Of a stretch of DNA of 64,000 nt, positions 25,805 to 34,845 are shown in pieces. The notes under the pieces were generated by a model. That model was not told the origin of the DNA and did no database searches. It was given only the letters and a program-made list of their open reading frames with translations. The DNA is from a virus. Position numbers and translations under genes: made by a program. Position 1 is the first letter of the stretch, and the number at the start of each line of letters is the position of its first letter. Location of the stretch: IMG/VR virus record IMGVR_UViG_3300025117_000031, positions 64,001 to 128,000 of that record; one strand, given 5' to 3'.

Positions 25805-26734
25805 ATGCTTAAAAAAGCAATAGATTTAGAAAATCTTTCAGAAAAAGACAAGCAATCAAAGCAACAGTCTAGCAAAGAATCGGTTGCTGGATTTAGCGGT
25901 ATTGCTGGGGACGTTTTAAAGGAACCAGTACCGGAATTCAATAAAACGGAATGTGAAAAGATCTTCTTCGGTGAAAACAATACATGGCTTGTTTTTGGAA
26001 GGGATCGCTACTCGGATAAACTTTCGGGCTATGGGGGTAAAGGTTTTACTAGAGCAGGAATGATTGATTTGGTTGTCGGAAGGAACAGCGCAAACCAAAA
26101 ACTATATAAAGACGGCGAGAGGGTTTTTGTAGACCCTAATTTTTCTTTGGACGCCTCTAGAGTTTATCTTTCTCAGCTTGCCGACATAGATGACTATTTT
26201 AATTTAGCTATAACTCCTAGTGGTATTCCTCGTTCTGTTTCGCGTGCAGCAATCGGTATTAAATCTGATGCGGTTAGAATTATAGGAAGAGAAGGAGTAA
26301 AGATTGTAACGGGAGTAGATCAAAACAACTCTCTTGGATCTCCTTTATCACAGGTCAGAGGAGTGGAGTTAATAGCGGGTAACGACACCAGAGACGTTCA
26401 GCCTATGGTTAAGGGGGACAATGCGGTAGAGGCTTTAGAAAAGCTAGCTGGGCACGTTGAGAAACTGGCGGGGATTGTCGATTCTTTTATGACTATTCAA
26501 TCACAATATAATGATGTTGTGTCAAGTCATTTTCACATTTCTCCTTTTTTTGGAATTCCCAACGCTCCGTCTCAGACAGCCATGCAAAAAGGAATACAAA
26601 CTTCTTTAGAATTATTGTCGGAGGTTAAAGTTTCTTTGACAACAATTCGGACAAATCTTGTTAATTATAAGAACAACTATTTACAACCTTTTGGTAAGGG
26701 TTATGTGAATAGCCGCTGGAATAAAACGAATTAG
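25805..26734 (+). CDS. Putative baseplate/spike-associated structural protein
   Basis: Beta-rich IKSDAVRIIGREGVKIV, HFH motif; position next to hub-like gene. Confidence 0.5.
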   Translation: MLKKAIDLENLSEKDKQSKQQSSKESVAGFSGIAGDVLKEPVPEFNKTECEKIFFGENNTWLVFGRDRYSDKLSGYGGKGFTRAGMIDLVVGRNSANQKLYKDGERVFVDPNFSLDASRVYLSQLADIDDYFNLAITPSGIPRSVSRAAIGIKSDAVRIIGREGVKIVTGVDQNNSLGSPLSQVRGVELIAGNDTRDVQPMVKGDNAVEALEKLAGHVEKLAGIVDSFMTIQSQYNDVVSSHFHISPFFGIPNAPSQTAMQKGIQTSLELLSEVKVSLTTIRTNLVNYKNNYLQPFGKGYVNSRWNKTN

Positions 26735-26742
26735 GAAAGCAA

Positions 26743-27075
26743 ATGTTAAGTGCATCTTGGGTTTTTAAGAAGAAGAGACTTCCCTACGAAGAGGATGGGT
26801 TTTATTTTATTCTTGTTGAAACAGCGGTTCCCAAAGACAAAAAAGATAAAACTGCTGCTTTACTGAAAGCGGTTGAAGAGGCGGGGAGCCTGACTGGTCA
26901 AACCGGGTTAAGAGTTCTTGATTATTCTTTAGAAACCAAGCCTAAAACGAGTATGTTAGTGGCGGTTGGGAAAGAAATTGAGAAAAAAGAGGAAAAAGCT
27001 GTAGAAATTAAGTCTTCAAAGAGATATTCCCTTGAAAAATTCCTTAAATTTCAAGAAAAAATGAAGGAAAAATAA
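26743..27075 (+). CDS. Hypothetical protein
   Basis: AGGA RBS, operon position. Confidence 0.55.
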   Translation: MLSASWVFKKKRLPYEEDGFYFILVETAVPKDKKDKTAALLKAVEEAGSLTGQTGLRVLDYSLETKPKTSMLVAVGKEIEKKEEKAVEIKSSKRYSLEKFLKFQEKMKEK

Positions 27076-30000
27076 ATGGTTTCTGTTCCTGGAAGCGAAA
27101 TTCTCTTTGATTTGTTAGATCACGATGAGAAAATTCGTAATTTTTTCTCTGTTTTGGCCAAAACACTTCGAGAAAACGATATTTTTGTTGAAAATTATTC
27201 AGGAACGGACTTAGAATTTCAATTTGACAGTAATAATCATCCTGTTGCGGTTGTTTTTCACTCTTCTGGTGGACAAGTTTCTGTAAAAAAGAATATCGCC
27301 GAGCTTTTGGGTTTTGCAAAACAGGTGGAAGAAGCAGAAAACTTTATAAACCAGAACACCTTACTGGACGTGCCGCTTAAAAAGATGTTTGGGGTAGGAA
27401 TTACTGGTGGTCTGGACTTAGAATCTGCGGTAAATATGCCAAAATTTGGTTGGGGTAAGATGTCTTTAGAAGACATTATGAATAAAACAGAGGGAAAGCC
27501 CGGAGATAACAAAGAAAAAACATACTCTGAAATTTTGGAGGAAAATAAGGTCGTCTACTCTGAAGGATTCAAAAAAAATCTTCAAGAGAGTTTAGAAAAT
27601 TCATCAATAAATGTTGGGGGAATAAATCTTTTAGAGTTTTCTAAGGTAAAAACAGCAAAAGAAGCCTATGGAGTTGTATTTGACAATACCGACGTGGGGA
27701 ATCTTATAAACGAGGCAATTTATTGTTTGAATGGCGTCGCTTTTGAGTTGAGTAGGTTGCAAGTTCCTGTGTTTTTCTTTCCTGATACACTTCCTACGGT
27801 AGATTTGATGGCAAGCTTTAGCCTGTCTCTTGAATCAGCTCTTTTGGAGATGATCCAGTCGGCGATTTTGGGTCTTTTGGAATCAATATTAGAGCTTTTG
27901 TTGAAATATTGTAAAGAATTGCGAGAAGGATTGTCAAACTTTAATAATTTAAACATTGACAATGAAAAATATTTTCAAAGAATATTCGATTTATTAAAAG
28001 ATGAGAATTTTCTCAACTCTCTTGGGTTGACTGGTAATTTAGAAGAGGATTTGAAGAGGTTAGTTAAGTTTATTCTTGATGTTTTGTATGTTTTGACACC
28101 TCAAGAGATTTTAGATCTTTTCTTGGGCCATCCCTCAGAGGGAACGTTGTATGATATTTTAGCAGTTGCCGGAAGTGGAGAGTATGGTTTATCTGAATCT
28201 TTTCTGAGCAGTTCCTTTAGAATGCGCGCCTTGTTCTTTGCGGTTGGCAACGTTGTGGACAAGGAAAGAATTCAAAATCTTGCTAATGCATGCCGCGCTG
28301 TAAAAACATCGACGGGACCGGATGGTGAATCTGTTTGTACACAACAAGAATCTGCTTTACGGGATACGCTAGAAAGAGAAGGAGCAGACTCTGAAGAAAT
28401 TCAAAGACAAATTGCGTCCGAGAGAGACAGAAAGAAAAGATTACTTGAGGAGCTAGCTAGAAAGGCAGACAAGTTAAAAAATCTTAAAATTCCCGAAGCA
28501 TGTTCGCCCTCCAAAAAAGGAAAGCTGCCTAATGGATTTGATCGCATGGCAAAAAGCACAATTGGGGCGGTTTTTGACCCTGTTTACATTGCCTTTGATA
28601 AAGACGTTTCTGATTGGTATAAAGCCTTTGTTAAAGAGAAGACGATAGAAAGAAAAATAACAAGTACACTTAAGCCTGAAGAATTCTTTGGAAACGCCCC
28701 CTTGGGTAGAATAGATGGAAGAATTCAGTATCTTCTTACTCAAGGAGTGAAGCCTTCCGGTGATCAATATACTTTTCATGAAAAGAAGATTTTTATTGCT
28801 CATGAGATAAAAGATGCTTTGGAAAATTTAAGCTCTCGTATAAAAATAGAGCTAAACGTAAACAGGAACGTTTTGATGACGGTTGAAGTTCCCAAAGACG
28901 AAGAATATTCTAAGATGTTTGAGATGTTTTCGTCTCAAAGAACCCCTGGAATTCTTTCTCTGACGGGGCAAAATATTAGTGATGTTACATTGCAGAAACA
29001 GTATGATGGAACTCTCCCGTATAAGCTTAATGTTTTGAAACAAACAACAACAAAGGAAAGAAAGTTTAACCTACGGGATGTTCCACGGGGAACAGAAGAC
29101 AGAAGAAGTCGGGAAGACAACAACGCTCCTTCTCGTGAGGATTTGCTAGAAGAACAATTTGAGACGATAAACAAAGTGGAAAAACAGGAGATTTCTTATG
29201 TTGAAGGACAAATTGCATTGAGAGATTCAACTAGGGAATATTTAAGTTCTTTTGAAAGTGTAATTACCTTTAGCACAAGACCTCAGATCGAAATTTTCAA
29301 GAAGATTCTTGGTTCTTTTAATACATTTAGAACATCGCGTAGCTCGGATGCTTTGATAACAGATTATGTACAGATGTCTAACAAATTTGTTTCTGCTCTT
29401 GCTTCTAGGGTAAGTGACACAGACAAAAACAAGCTGTTTAAAACAATTTCAGTAAGAACATCTGGGGATACTTCTTTAGAGATACCCGTTCTAAAATCAG
29501 TAAAGTTTACATTTCCCCCAGAAGGTTGTTCTGGTGAAAGAAAGCATCTTCTAGATATTGAAGAATTGAAAGCAAAAGCGTTGGAAGATTTTTCCAACAA
29601 TCTGTGTTTAAAAGAGTTTTCTAATTCGTCAGGGCAAGGCAGACCGCAGAATTCTTTAGAAAAGTCCATAAGTGATTCTGTTGTACAGACAACCATAAGA
29701 CTTTATGTTTTAGATTATTATCTTAGGGGATGTTTTGTTTTAAATGAGTTTTCTTTGGATCCTCCCAACGAGATGTTACTGGACTTTTTTGCAGAGAAGA
29801 TAAAAACCGAATTGTTTACATATGGTGAAAAATATGCCAACGATCTGTTGGACAGTGCAAAAGAATTATTTTATAGGAACGGGCTTTCAACAGATTATTC
29901 TGGTGACGCAAAAGAACTTAAGAAGTTAATTGAGCAGCAAGTTGTCTCTCTTTCAAAGATATTAAGAAATGAAGTGTTTGGTAGTAAGAGATCAAAAGAC

Positions 30001-31284
30001 ATCTACGATTTTACTCTACAAGAGTGTATACCAGCAGTAAATGTTTTTTCTTCTTTGGAACAAAGATGGGAAGATGAAAGGACAATAACCGGACAAGTTC
30101 CAATTATTTCTTTAGAAACGGAAGTAGCTACGTCAGAAGACGCTAGAAACAATATCGTTGTATTTAATGGGTTTGTTTTCGAGAAATATATTCGTTTGGC
30201 AAAGAAATCTTTAACCGAGAGAGAAAGAAATAATCTTCCTTCTGGGGAGAATCCATCAAGTCTTCCTGCTGGAATTTTTAGTCCTCAAGAGGTAAGAGGT
30301 TTGTTTAACGGCATTTTACTTTCTAGAAAGATGAAAGATTACTATGAAAAAATCTCTTATGGACTGAGACTTTGCTATGCCGGCGAAGTTTCTGGAGAAG
30401 AGTACCAGAATCTTTATCAAACTGCTGGAATCGTGCAAGAAAAGCTTTTTGGCCTTGGCTCAGGCGAGCCTTCTTTTTTGAATCCTTTGGCAAACACTGA
30501 AATCATTGATGAAGAGCTGTTGAGCATGGATTTTAATGTTGCGAAGACGACTGATTTTGCTTCTAGATACGGGGATAGAACACTAGAATTATATCAGAAA
30601 ATAAAAGAAGTTGGTGAGTGTTCTTCTTTATTTGATTACGTTTTCCCTATGGGACGTTATCTGTCTTTGCTGGCAATTCAAAGCGTTTTCGCATCAGAGA
30701 TAACAAATAATAATGCTGTATCTTATGTGTTTTCAACGACAAAAGACAGACTTAGGTTTTTGTTTGAAACGGTTAATAACGGCGGTATGTTTGCTAATGA
30801 TTCTTATGAAGAAGACCGGGCTTTGAAGGCTTTGGGTGGTAAAGAGGCACTAGGAGAAGTTTTAAGAAAGCCGCTGGAACAGATTAGTGGTGCAGACATA
30901 CAAAAAATGTTTAATTCTAAGGGGTTTGATTATGGAATTGTCTTAAAATTTATGTTGGAAGCTCCTGTACAGATTTTTAGAGGGTTTGTAGAATTTGCAG
31001 ATCCTAACATCAATATAGCCAGCAAGATGGCAATGTTTACAAGAATTTTTGCTGGGCAAGACATTCCAGTATCTGTTTTTTCTTTGATGCTGCAGCCGTC
31101 AACTTTGATGCCGGGAAGTTGGATGGGACCTCCTCTAACTTTTTTGGGGATCGCATATCTTTTGTTAAGTATGGGGTTTTCTATCAACATTCCAGAGTTT
31201 GAAGCTTTGGTGAAGAGAGAATTAGGGAATTCGGCTAATACGGCAAGCGGGGTTGTTGATAATCCGCTCAAGTGCGAGGAATAA
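27076..31284 (+). CDS. Large hypothetical virion-associated protein (1402 aa)
   Basis: Uninterrupted ORF in the baseplate operon; hydrophobic C-terminal segment. Confidence 0.65.
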   Translation: MVSVPGSEILFDLLDHDEKIRNFFSVLAKTLRENDIFVENYSGTDLEFQFDSNNHPVAVVFHSSGGQVSVKKNIAELLGFAKQVEEAENFINQNTLLDVPLKKMFGVGITGGLDLESAVNMPKFGWGKMSLEDIMNKTEGKPGDNKEKTYSEILEENKVVYSEGFKKNLQESLENSSINVGGINLLEFSKVKTAKEAYGVVFDNTDVGNLINEAIYCLNGVAFELSRLQVPVFFFPDTLPTVDLMASFSLSLESALLEMIQSAILGLLESILELLLKYCKELREGLSNFNNLNIDNEKYFQRIFDLLKDENFLNSLGLTGNLEEDLKRLVKFILDVLYVLTPQEILDLFLGHPSEGTLYDILAVAGSGEYGLSESFLSSSFRMRALFFAVGNVVDKERIQNLANACRAVKTSTGPDGESVCTQQESALRDTLEREGADSEEIQRQIASERDRKKRLLEELARKADKLKNLKIPEACSPSKKGKLPNGFDRMAKSTIGAVFDPVYIAFDKDVSDWYKAFVKEKTIERKITSTLKPEEFFGNAPLGRIDGRIQYLLTQGVKPSGDQYTFHEKKIFIAHEIKDALENLSSRIKIELNVNRNVLMTVEVPKDEEYSKMFEMFSSQRTPGILSLTGQNISDVTLQKQYDGTLPYKLNVLKQTTTKERKFNLRDVPRGTEDRRSREDNNAPSREDLLEEQFETINKVEKQEISYVEGQIALRDSTREYLSSFESVITFSTRPQIEIFKKILGSFNTFRTSRSSDALITDYVQMSNKFVSALASRVSDTDKNKLFKTISVRTSGDTSLEIPVLKSVKFTFPPEGCSGERKHLLDIEELKAKALEDFSNNLCLKEFSNSSGQGRPQNSLEKSISDSVVQTTIRLYVLDYYLRGCFVLNEFSLDPPNEMLLDFFAEKIKTELFTYGEKYANDLLDSAKELFYRNGLSTDYSGDAKELKKLIEQQVVSLSKILRNEVFGSKRSKDIYDFTLQECIPAVNVFSSLEQRWEDERTITGQVPIISLETEVATSEDARNNIVVFNGFVFEKYIRLAKKSLTERERNNLPSGENPSSLPAGIFSPQEVRGLFNGILLSRKMKDYYEKISYGLRLCYAGEVSGEEYQNLYQTAGIVQEKLFGLGSGEPSFLNPLANTEIIDEELLSMDFNVAKTTDFASRYGDRTLELYQKIKEVGECSSLFDYVFPMGRYLSLLAIQSVFASEITNNNAVSYVFSTTKDRLRFLFETVNNGGMFANDSYEEDRALKALGGKEALGEVLRKPLEQISGADIQKMFNSKGFDYGIVLKFMLEAPVQIFRGFVEFADPNINIASKMAMFTRIFAGQDIPVSVFSLMLQPSTLMPGSWMGPPLTFLGIAYLLLSMGFSINIPEFEALVKRELGNSANTASGVVDNPLKCEE

Positions 31285-31286
31285 AA

Positions 31287-31661
31287 ATGCCACTTTCGGT
31301 AAGATTACCATTTCGCAGAGATAGGAATTTTGGGTTTGCTATGAATGAAACTCATAGGGAGGTGGTAAAGCAGAACTTTAAGCATCTTTTGTTAACAGCG
31401 CCCGGCGAAAGAGTGATGATACCAGATTTTGGGGTTGGCTTGCGAAATTATTTGTTCGAAAATGCTACTTTGATTAGAGCGGAACTGGCGTCAAGAATTC
31501 AAGAACAAACAAATAAATATATGCCTTTTATTACTCTGCAAGACATTTCGATTAAAGAGAAAAACAATGAAATGACACTTAAAATTACGTATTTTATTGA
31601 GCCGATGGCGATAACAGACAATTTGGAAATTAAGAAAAGAGGAGAGGATATCGTAATTTAA
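31287..31661 (+). CDS. Baseplate wedge subunit, gp25/GPW family
   Basis: VKQNFKHLLLTAPGERVMIPDFGVGLRNYLFE signature. Confidence 0.9.
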   Translation: MPLSVRLPFRRDRNFGFAMNETHREVVKQNFKHLLLTAPGERVMIPDFGVGLRNYLFENATLIRAELASRIQEQTNKYMPFITLQDISIKEKNNEMTLKITYFIEPMAITDNLEIKKRGEDIVI

Positions 31662-31834
31662 TCTAATTATCCCCTTCGAGACTTAAACCATGAACTCCTT
31701 AGTTAGCACAGTTGCTCGATTCCTGCCCATGAGGAAGTTTCGTTCTGGCCGTAAGGCCAGAGCCAGAGCTTTCTTGGCAGCAGGCTATCCCCGCCAGGGC
31801 GGCGGTTCTAAGATTAATGGCTGCGTTGATGTCT
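31651..31834 (-). ncRNA. Putative omegaRNA (reRNA) of TnpB copy 2 plus flanking guide
   Basis: 3' structured region conserved with copy 1; TCTGGCC-TTAC-GGCCAGA hairpin; similarity stops right after GAAGGGG(A). Confidence 0.6.
31663..31670 (+). promoter_or_regulatory. Putative late promoter CTAATTAT abutting the right end of TnpB copy 2
   Basis: TAATCTAATTAT at 31659-31670 is identical to 24106-24117. Confidence 0.5.
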
Positions 31835-32955
31835 CGGTCGTGGACAACCCCACAAGCCTCGCAAACCCATTCTCGGACAGACAAAGGCAACGGTCCTTCT
31901 CGTCTTGTTCCGCAGTCGGAACACAGCTTGGAAGAAGGGAACCAGCGGTCAGCAACGATGATTTCGCTGCCGGCAAGCGGAGCCTTATACGTGAGCTGAC
32001 GCCTGATTTCCGACAAGGCAGCATCTGCAACCGACTTTGCAAGATGGTGATTTGCCATCATTCCTTTGACGTTCAAGTCCTCGATTCCAATCCGACGAAA
32101 GTCTCGGACCAGCCCAGCGGTAAGCTTATGTGTTACGTCTTTGCGGATGTTGGAAATCCGTTCATGCAACCGACCAAGCTTCGTTTTGGTCTTCTGCCAA
32201 TTCTTCCCTCCTTTGACGCGACGAGACATTTCCTTGTTGAGTCGTCGCAGTCTGGTTTCATGAGCACGCAGAATGCGCGGAGCCTCGACCCGCTCTCCCG
32301 TGGAGAGCACGGCAAGGTCTCGAAGTCCGAGGTCCACTCCAACCGCTTCTTGGGTTTCGCAGCGGTGAGGATAGGACCAGGAGTCGGAGACTTGAACTTG
32401 GATCGAGACGTACCAATGACCGGCTTGTTTCGTAAAGTGAGCGGACAGGATTTTACCAGGGAATCTTATCTCTTGTCGGGTGCGGACCCAACCAAGCTTG
32501 GGGATTTTGACTCTTCGGCCGTCAAATCGGAGGGCTCGACCTTCAATAGCAAAGGTTGCTTTGTTCCATTTCTTCGACTTGAAACGGGGATAGCCGGGCT
32601 TTTGGCCAGATTTAACACGACGAAAGAAGTTGGAGAAAGCAGAACCGAGGTTGGACAGCGCCGTATTGGCGACAGCCCACGGAAGATTTGCCATCCAAGG
32701 GAATTCCGTGGTTTTGCAGGCATTCAACTCGGTGTTAAGACTAATCCAAGACGGCTTTCCTCCGGCTTCGTATTGAGTTTTCCAACGGTCCAATCCCCAG
32801 TTGTAGACGAAACGAGAAATTCCAGCGCAACGTTCGAAAAATGTTGCCTGGACGTTATTAAGATCCAGCCGAATGTGTTGGCCGAGGATAGTTATGGGGA
32901 GGTTATTATCAGGAGTTGTAGAGTGACGTTTCGACACATTATAAATATAGTACAA
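31699..32955 (-). CDS. tnpB: RNA-guided endonuclease TnpB
   Basis: Same motifs as copy 1, D/E/D intact; about 37 aa differences in 418 by manual count. Confidence 0.95.
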   Translation of the reverse strand: MYYIYNVSKRHSTTPDNNLPITILGQHIRLDLNNVQATFFERCAGISRFVYNWGLDRWKTQYEAGGKPSWISLNTELNACKTTEFPWMANLPWAVANTALSNLGSAFSNFFRRVKSGQKPGYPRFKSKKWNKATFAIEGRALRFDGRRVKIPKLGWVRTRQEIRFPGKILSAHFTKQAGHWYVSIQVQVSDSWSYPHRCETQEAVGVDLGLRDLAVLSTGERVEAPRILRAHETRLRRLNKEMSRRVKGGKNWQKTKTKLGRLHERISNIRKDVTHKLTAGLVRDFRRIGIEDLNVKGMMANHHLAKSVADAALSEIRRQLTYKAPLAGSEIIVADRWFPSSKLCSDCGTRREGPLPLSVREWVCEACGVVHDRDINAAINLRTAALAGIACCQESSGSGLTARTKLPHGQESSNCAN

Positions 32956-33008
32956 AAAGTGGAATGTGTTGATTTTTTTGTAAATTCATTCTTTTTAATA
33001 GGAGGAGA

Positions 33009-33049
33009 AGACTTAACCCACGTTAACTAGAAGTTCGTGGGTTAAGTCT
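33009..33049. repeat. 14-bp perfect inverted repeat at the element left end
   Basis: AGACTTAACCCACG (33009-33022) / CGTGGGTTAAGTCT (33036-33049). Confidence 0.9.
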
Positions 33050-33057
33050 CAAGTTTA

Positions 33058-34845
33058 ATGACAAAGAAGGTTCCAATTAAATATACAGCAAGAGATTTTG
33101 AAAGCATTCGAGACTCTTTGTTGGACTATACCAAGAGATATTATCCAAACACTTACAAAGACTTTAGCGAGGCTTCGTTTGGTTCTTTGGTGATGGATGA
33201 GGTATCTATAATAGGCGATAGCTTATCGTGGTTTATTGACTATGCGGTAAACGAATCTTTTTTTGAAACTTCTTTAGAATATAATAACATAATTCGTCAC
33301 GGCCGGTCTAGAGGTTGGAGCTTTACGGGGAATCCTTCTTCTTATGGTATTGCGACTTTTTATATTCTTGTTCCTGCAGCCTCAAATTCGCAGGGGCCAG
33401 ACTCAAGATATTATCCCGTTCTTAAAGTTGGCAGTCAGTTTTCTTCTGCAGACGGTAAATCTTTTGTTCTTAGTGAAGATGTGGTGTTTTCTGCTACAGG
33501 AAACGATATCTTAGTAGCTCAAATAGGTGACAATGGTTATCCAACGTATTATGCGGTTAGAGCAAAAGGACAAGTTGTTTCCGGAGAGTTTGTTTATGAG
33601 GAAATTGTTGTAGGCGACTATGAAAAATTCCCAAAATTAGAGCTTACAAGTGACGATATAGCGGAAGTTGTATCTGTTGTGGACTCTAGCGGCAAGGAAT
33701 ACTACGAAGTAGATTCTTTATCACAAAACATAATTTATAAAGCTATTCCAAACTATACATCTTCGAGAGAGTATGCGGCTTATCTTATGAAGCCGTATGC
33801 TGTTCCTAGAAGATTTGTGGTCGAGAGAGAAAGGAGAAAAACATATCTTCAGTTTGGGCAGGGAAACGATTCTGATGACGCTACAATGGATTTAGTTGAA
33901 CCTGCAAATGTTTTCTTAAACATATATGGGAAAGACTATATTTCTACTGATTCTTTTGACCCCAGCCGATTAGTAAAGTCTGATTCTCTAGGAATTGCTC
34001 CTTCAAATACTACTTTACGCATAAAAGTAAGGAAAAACACAACAGATAACGTCAACATTGGGGTTGGAACTTTGGTGAGAGTGGGAGAGGCGGTTTATGA
34101 GTTTGATAATGTCAACCAGTTGTCAACCTCCATTCTGTCTACAATTAAATCTTCTTTAGAAGTTACCAACGATGAGCCGATTACAGGCGACATAACTCTT
34201 CCGAGTACAGAGGAATTAAAAAAGAGGATTATGGGAGCCTTTTCTTCTCAGAAAAGAGCGGTTTCTTCAGAAGACTATAGGTTCGTTTGTTATGGAATGC
34301 CGGCTAAGTTTGGTTCAGTAAAAAGAGTTAATGTTGTAAAAGACAACAATTCTTTTAAGAGAAATCTAAATCTTTATGTGGTGTCTGAAGACCAAGATGG
34401 ATATTTAACTGAGACAAATACCACAATAAAAAACAACCTAAAAACTTGGATTACTCAGTATAAGATGATTAACGACACTGTTGACATATTGGATGCAAGA
34501 ATTGTTAATTTTGGTATCAATTTTGAGGTAATATCGTATCCAAGTAAAGAAAAATATGAAGTTTTAGAGTCTTGCATTTCTGCTTTAAAAGATGCGATGA
34601 AAATAAAGTTTGATATTGGTCAATCTTTGTCAAAATCAGAGATTTTTAAGACACTAAATGCAGTTGACGGAGTTGTGGATACTACAAAAGTAGAAATCGT
34701 AGAGAAACGAGGCGGAGTTTATTCAGACTTTGGGTTTGATTTTGATAAATTTGCTAGTGCAGATGATCTTTTTATAGAGTGTCCTAAGAATTGTGTGTTC
34801 GAACTTAGAGACTTCGAAGCGGACGTAAAGGGAGTTGTTAGATAA
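33058..34845 (+). CDS. Baseplate wedge subunit, T4 gp6 / baseplate J-like
   Basis: IKYTARDFESIR..L..Y...YYP..YKDFSEASFG, YLQFGQG, SQKRAVSSEDY. Confidence 0.88.
   Translation: MTKKVPIKYTARDFESIRDSLLDYTKRYYPNTYKDFSEASFGSLVMDEVSIIGDSLSWFIDYAVNESFFETSLEYNNIIRHGRSRGWSFTGNPSSYGIATFYILVPAASNSQGPDSRYYPVLKVGSQFSSADGKSFVLSEDVVFSATGNDILVAQIGDNGYPTYYAVRAKGQVVSGEFVYEEIVVGDYEKFPKLELTSDDIAEVVSVVDSSGKEYYEVDSLSQNIIYKAIPNYTSSREYAAYLMKPYAVPRRFVVERERRKTYLQFGQGNDSDDATMDLVEPANVFLNIYGKDYISTDSFDPSRLVKSDSLGIAPSNTTLRIKVRKNTTDNVNIGVGTLVRVGEAVYEFDNVNQLSTSILSTIKSSLEVTNDEPITGDITLPSTEELKKRIMGAFSSQKRAVSSEDYRFVCYGMPAKFGSVKRVNVVKDNNSFKRNLNLYVVSEDQDGYLTETNTTIKNNLKTWITQYKMINDTVDILDARIVNFGINFEVISYPSKEKYEVLESCISALKDAMKIKFDIGQSLSKSEIFKTLNAVDGVVDTTKVEIVEKRGGVYSDFGFDFDKFASADDLFIECPKNCVFELRDFEADVKGVVR

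Larger units (their letters stand above)
31671..33052 (-). mobile_element. Non-autonomous TnpB-only insertion element, copy 2
   Basis: Inverted paralog of 10661-12043, inserted between gp25-like and gp6-like genes; 14-bp hairpin stem at the left end (33009-33049). Confidence 0.87.

Noticed and set aside
27061-27090. Readthrough fusion of the 110-aa and 1402-aa ORFs at in-frame TAA-ATG
   Set aside because: AAGGA RBS precedes the second ATG and the same TAAATG junction occurs at 24455 and 61541; ordinary translational coupling.
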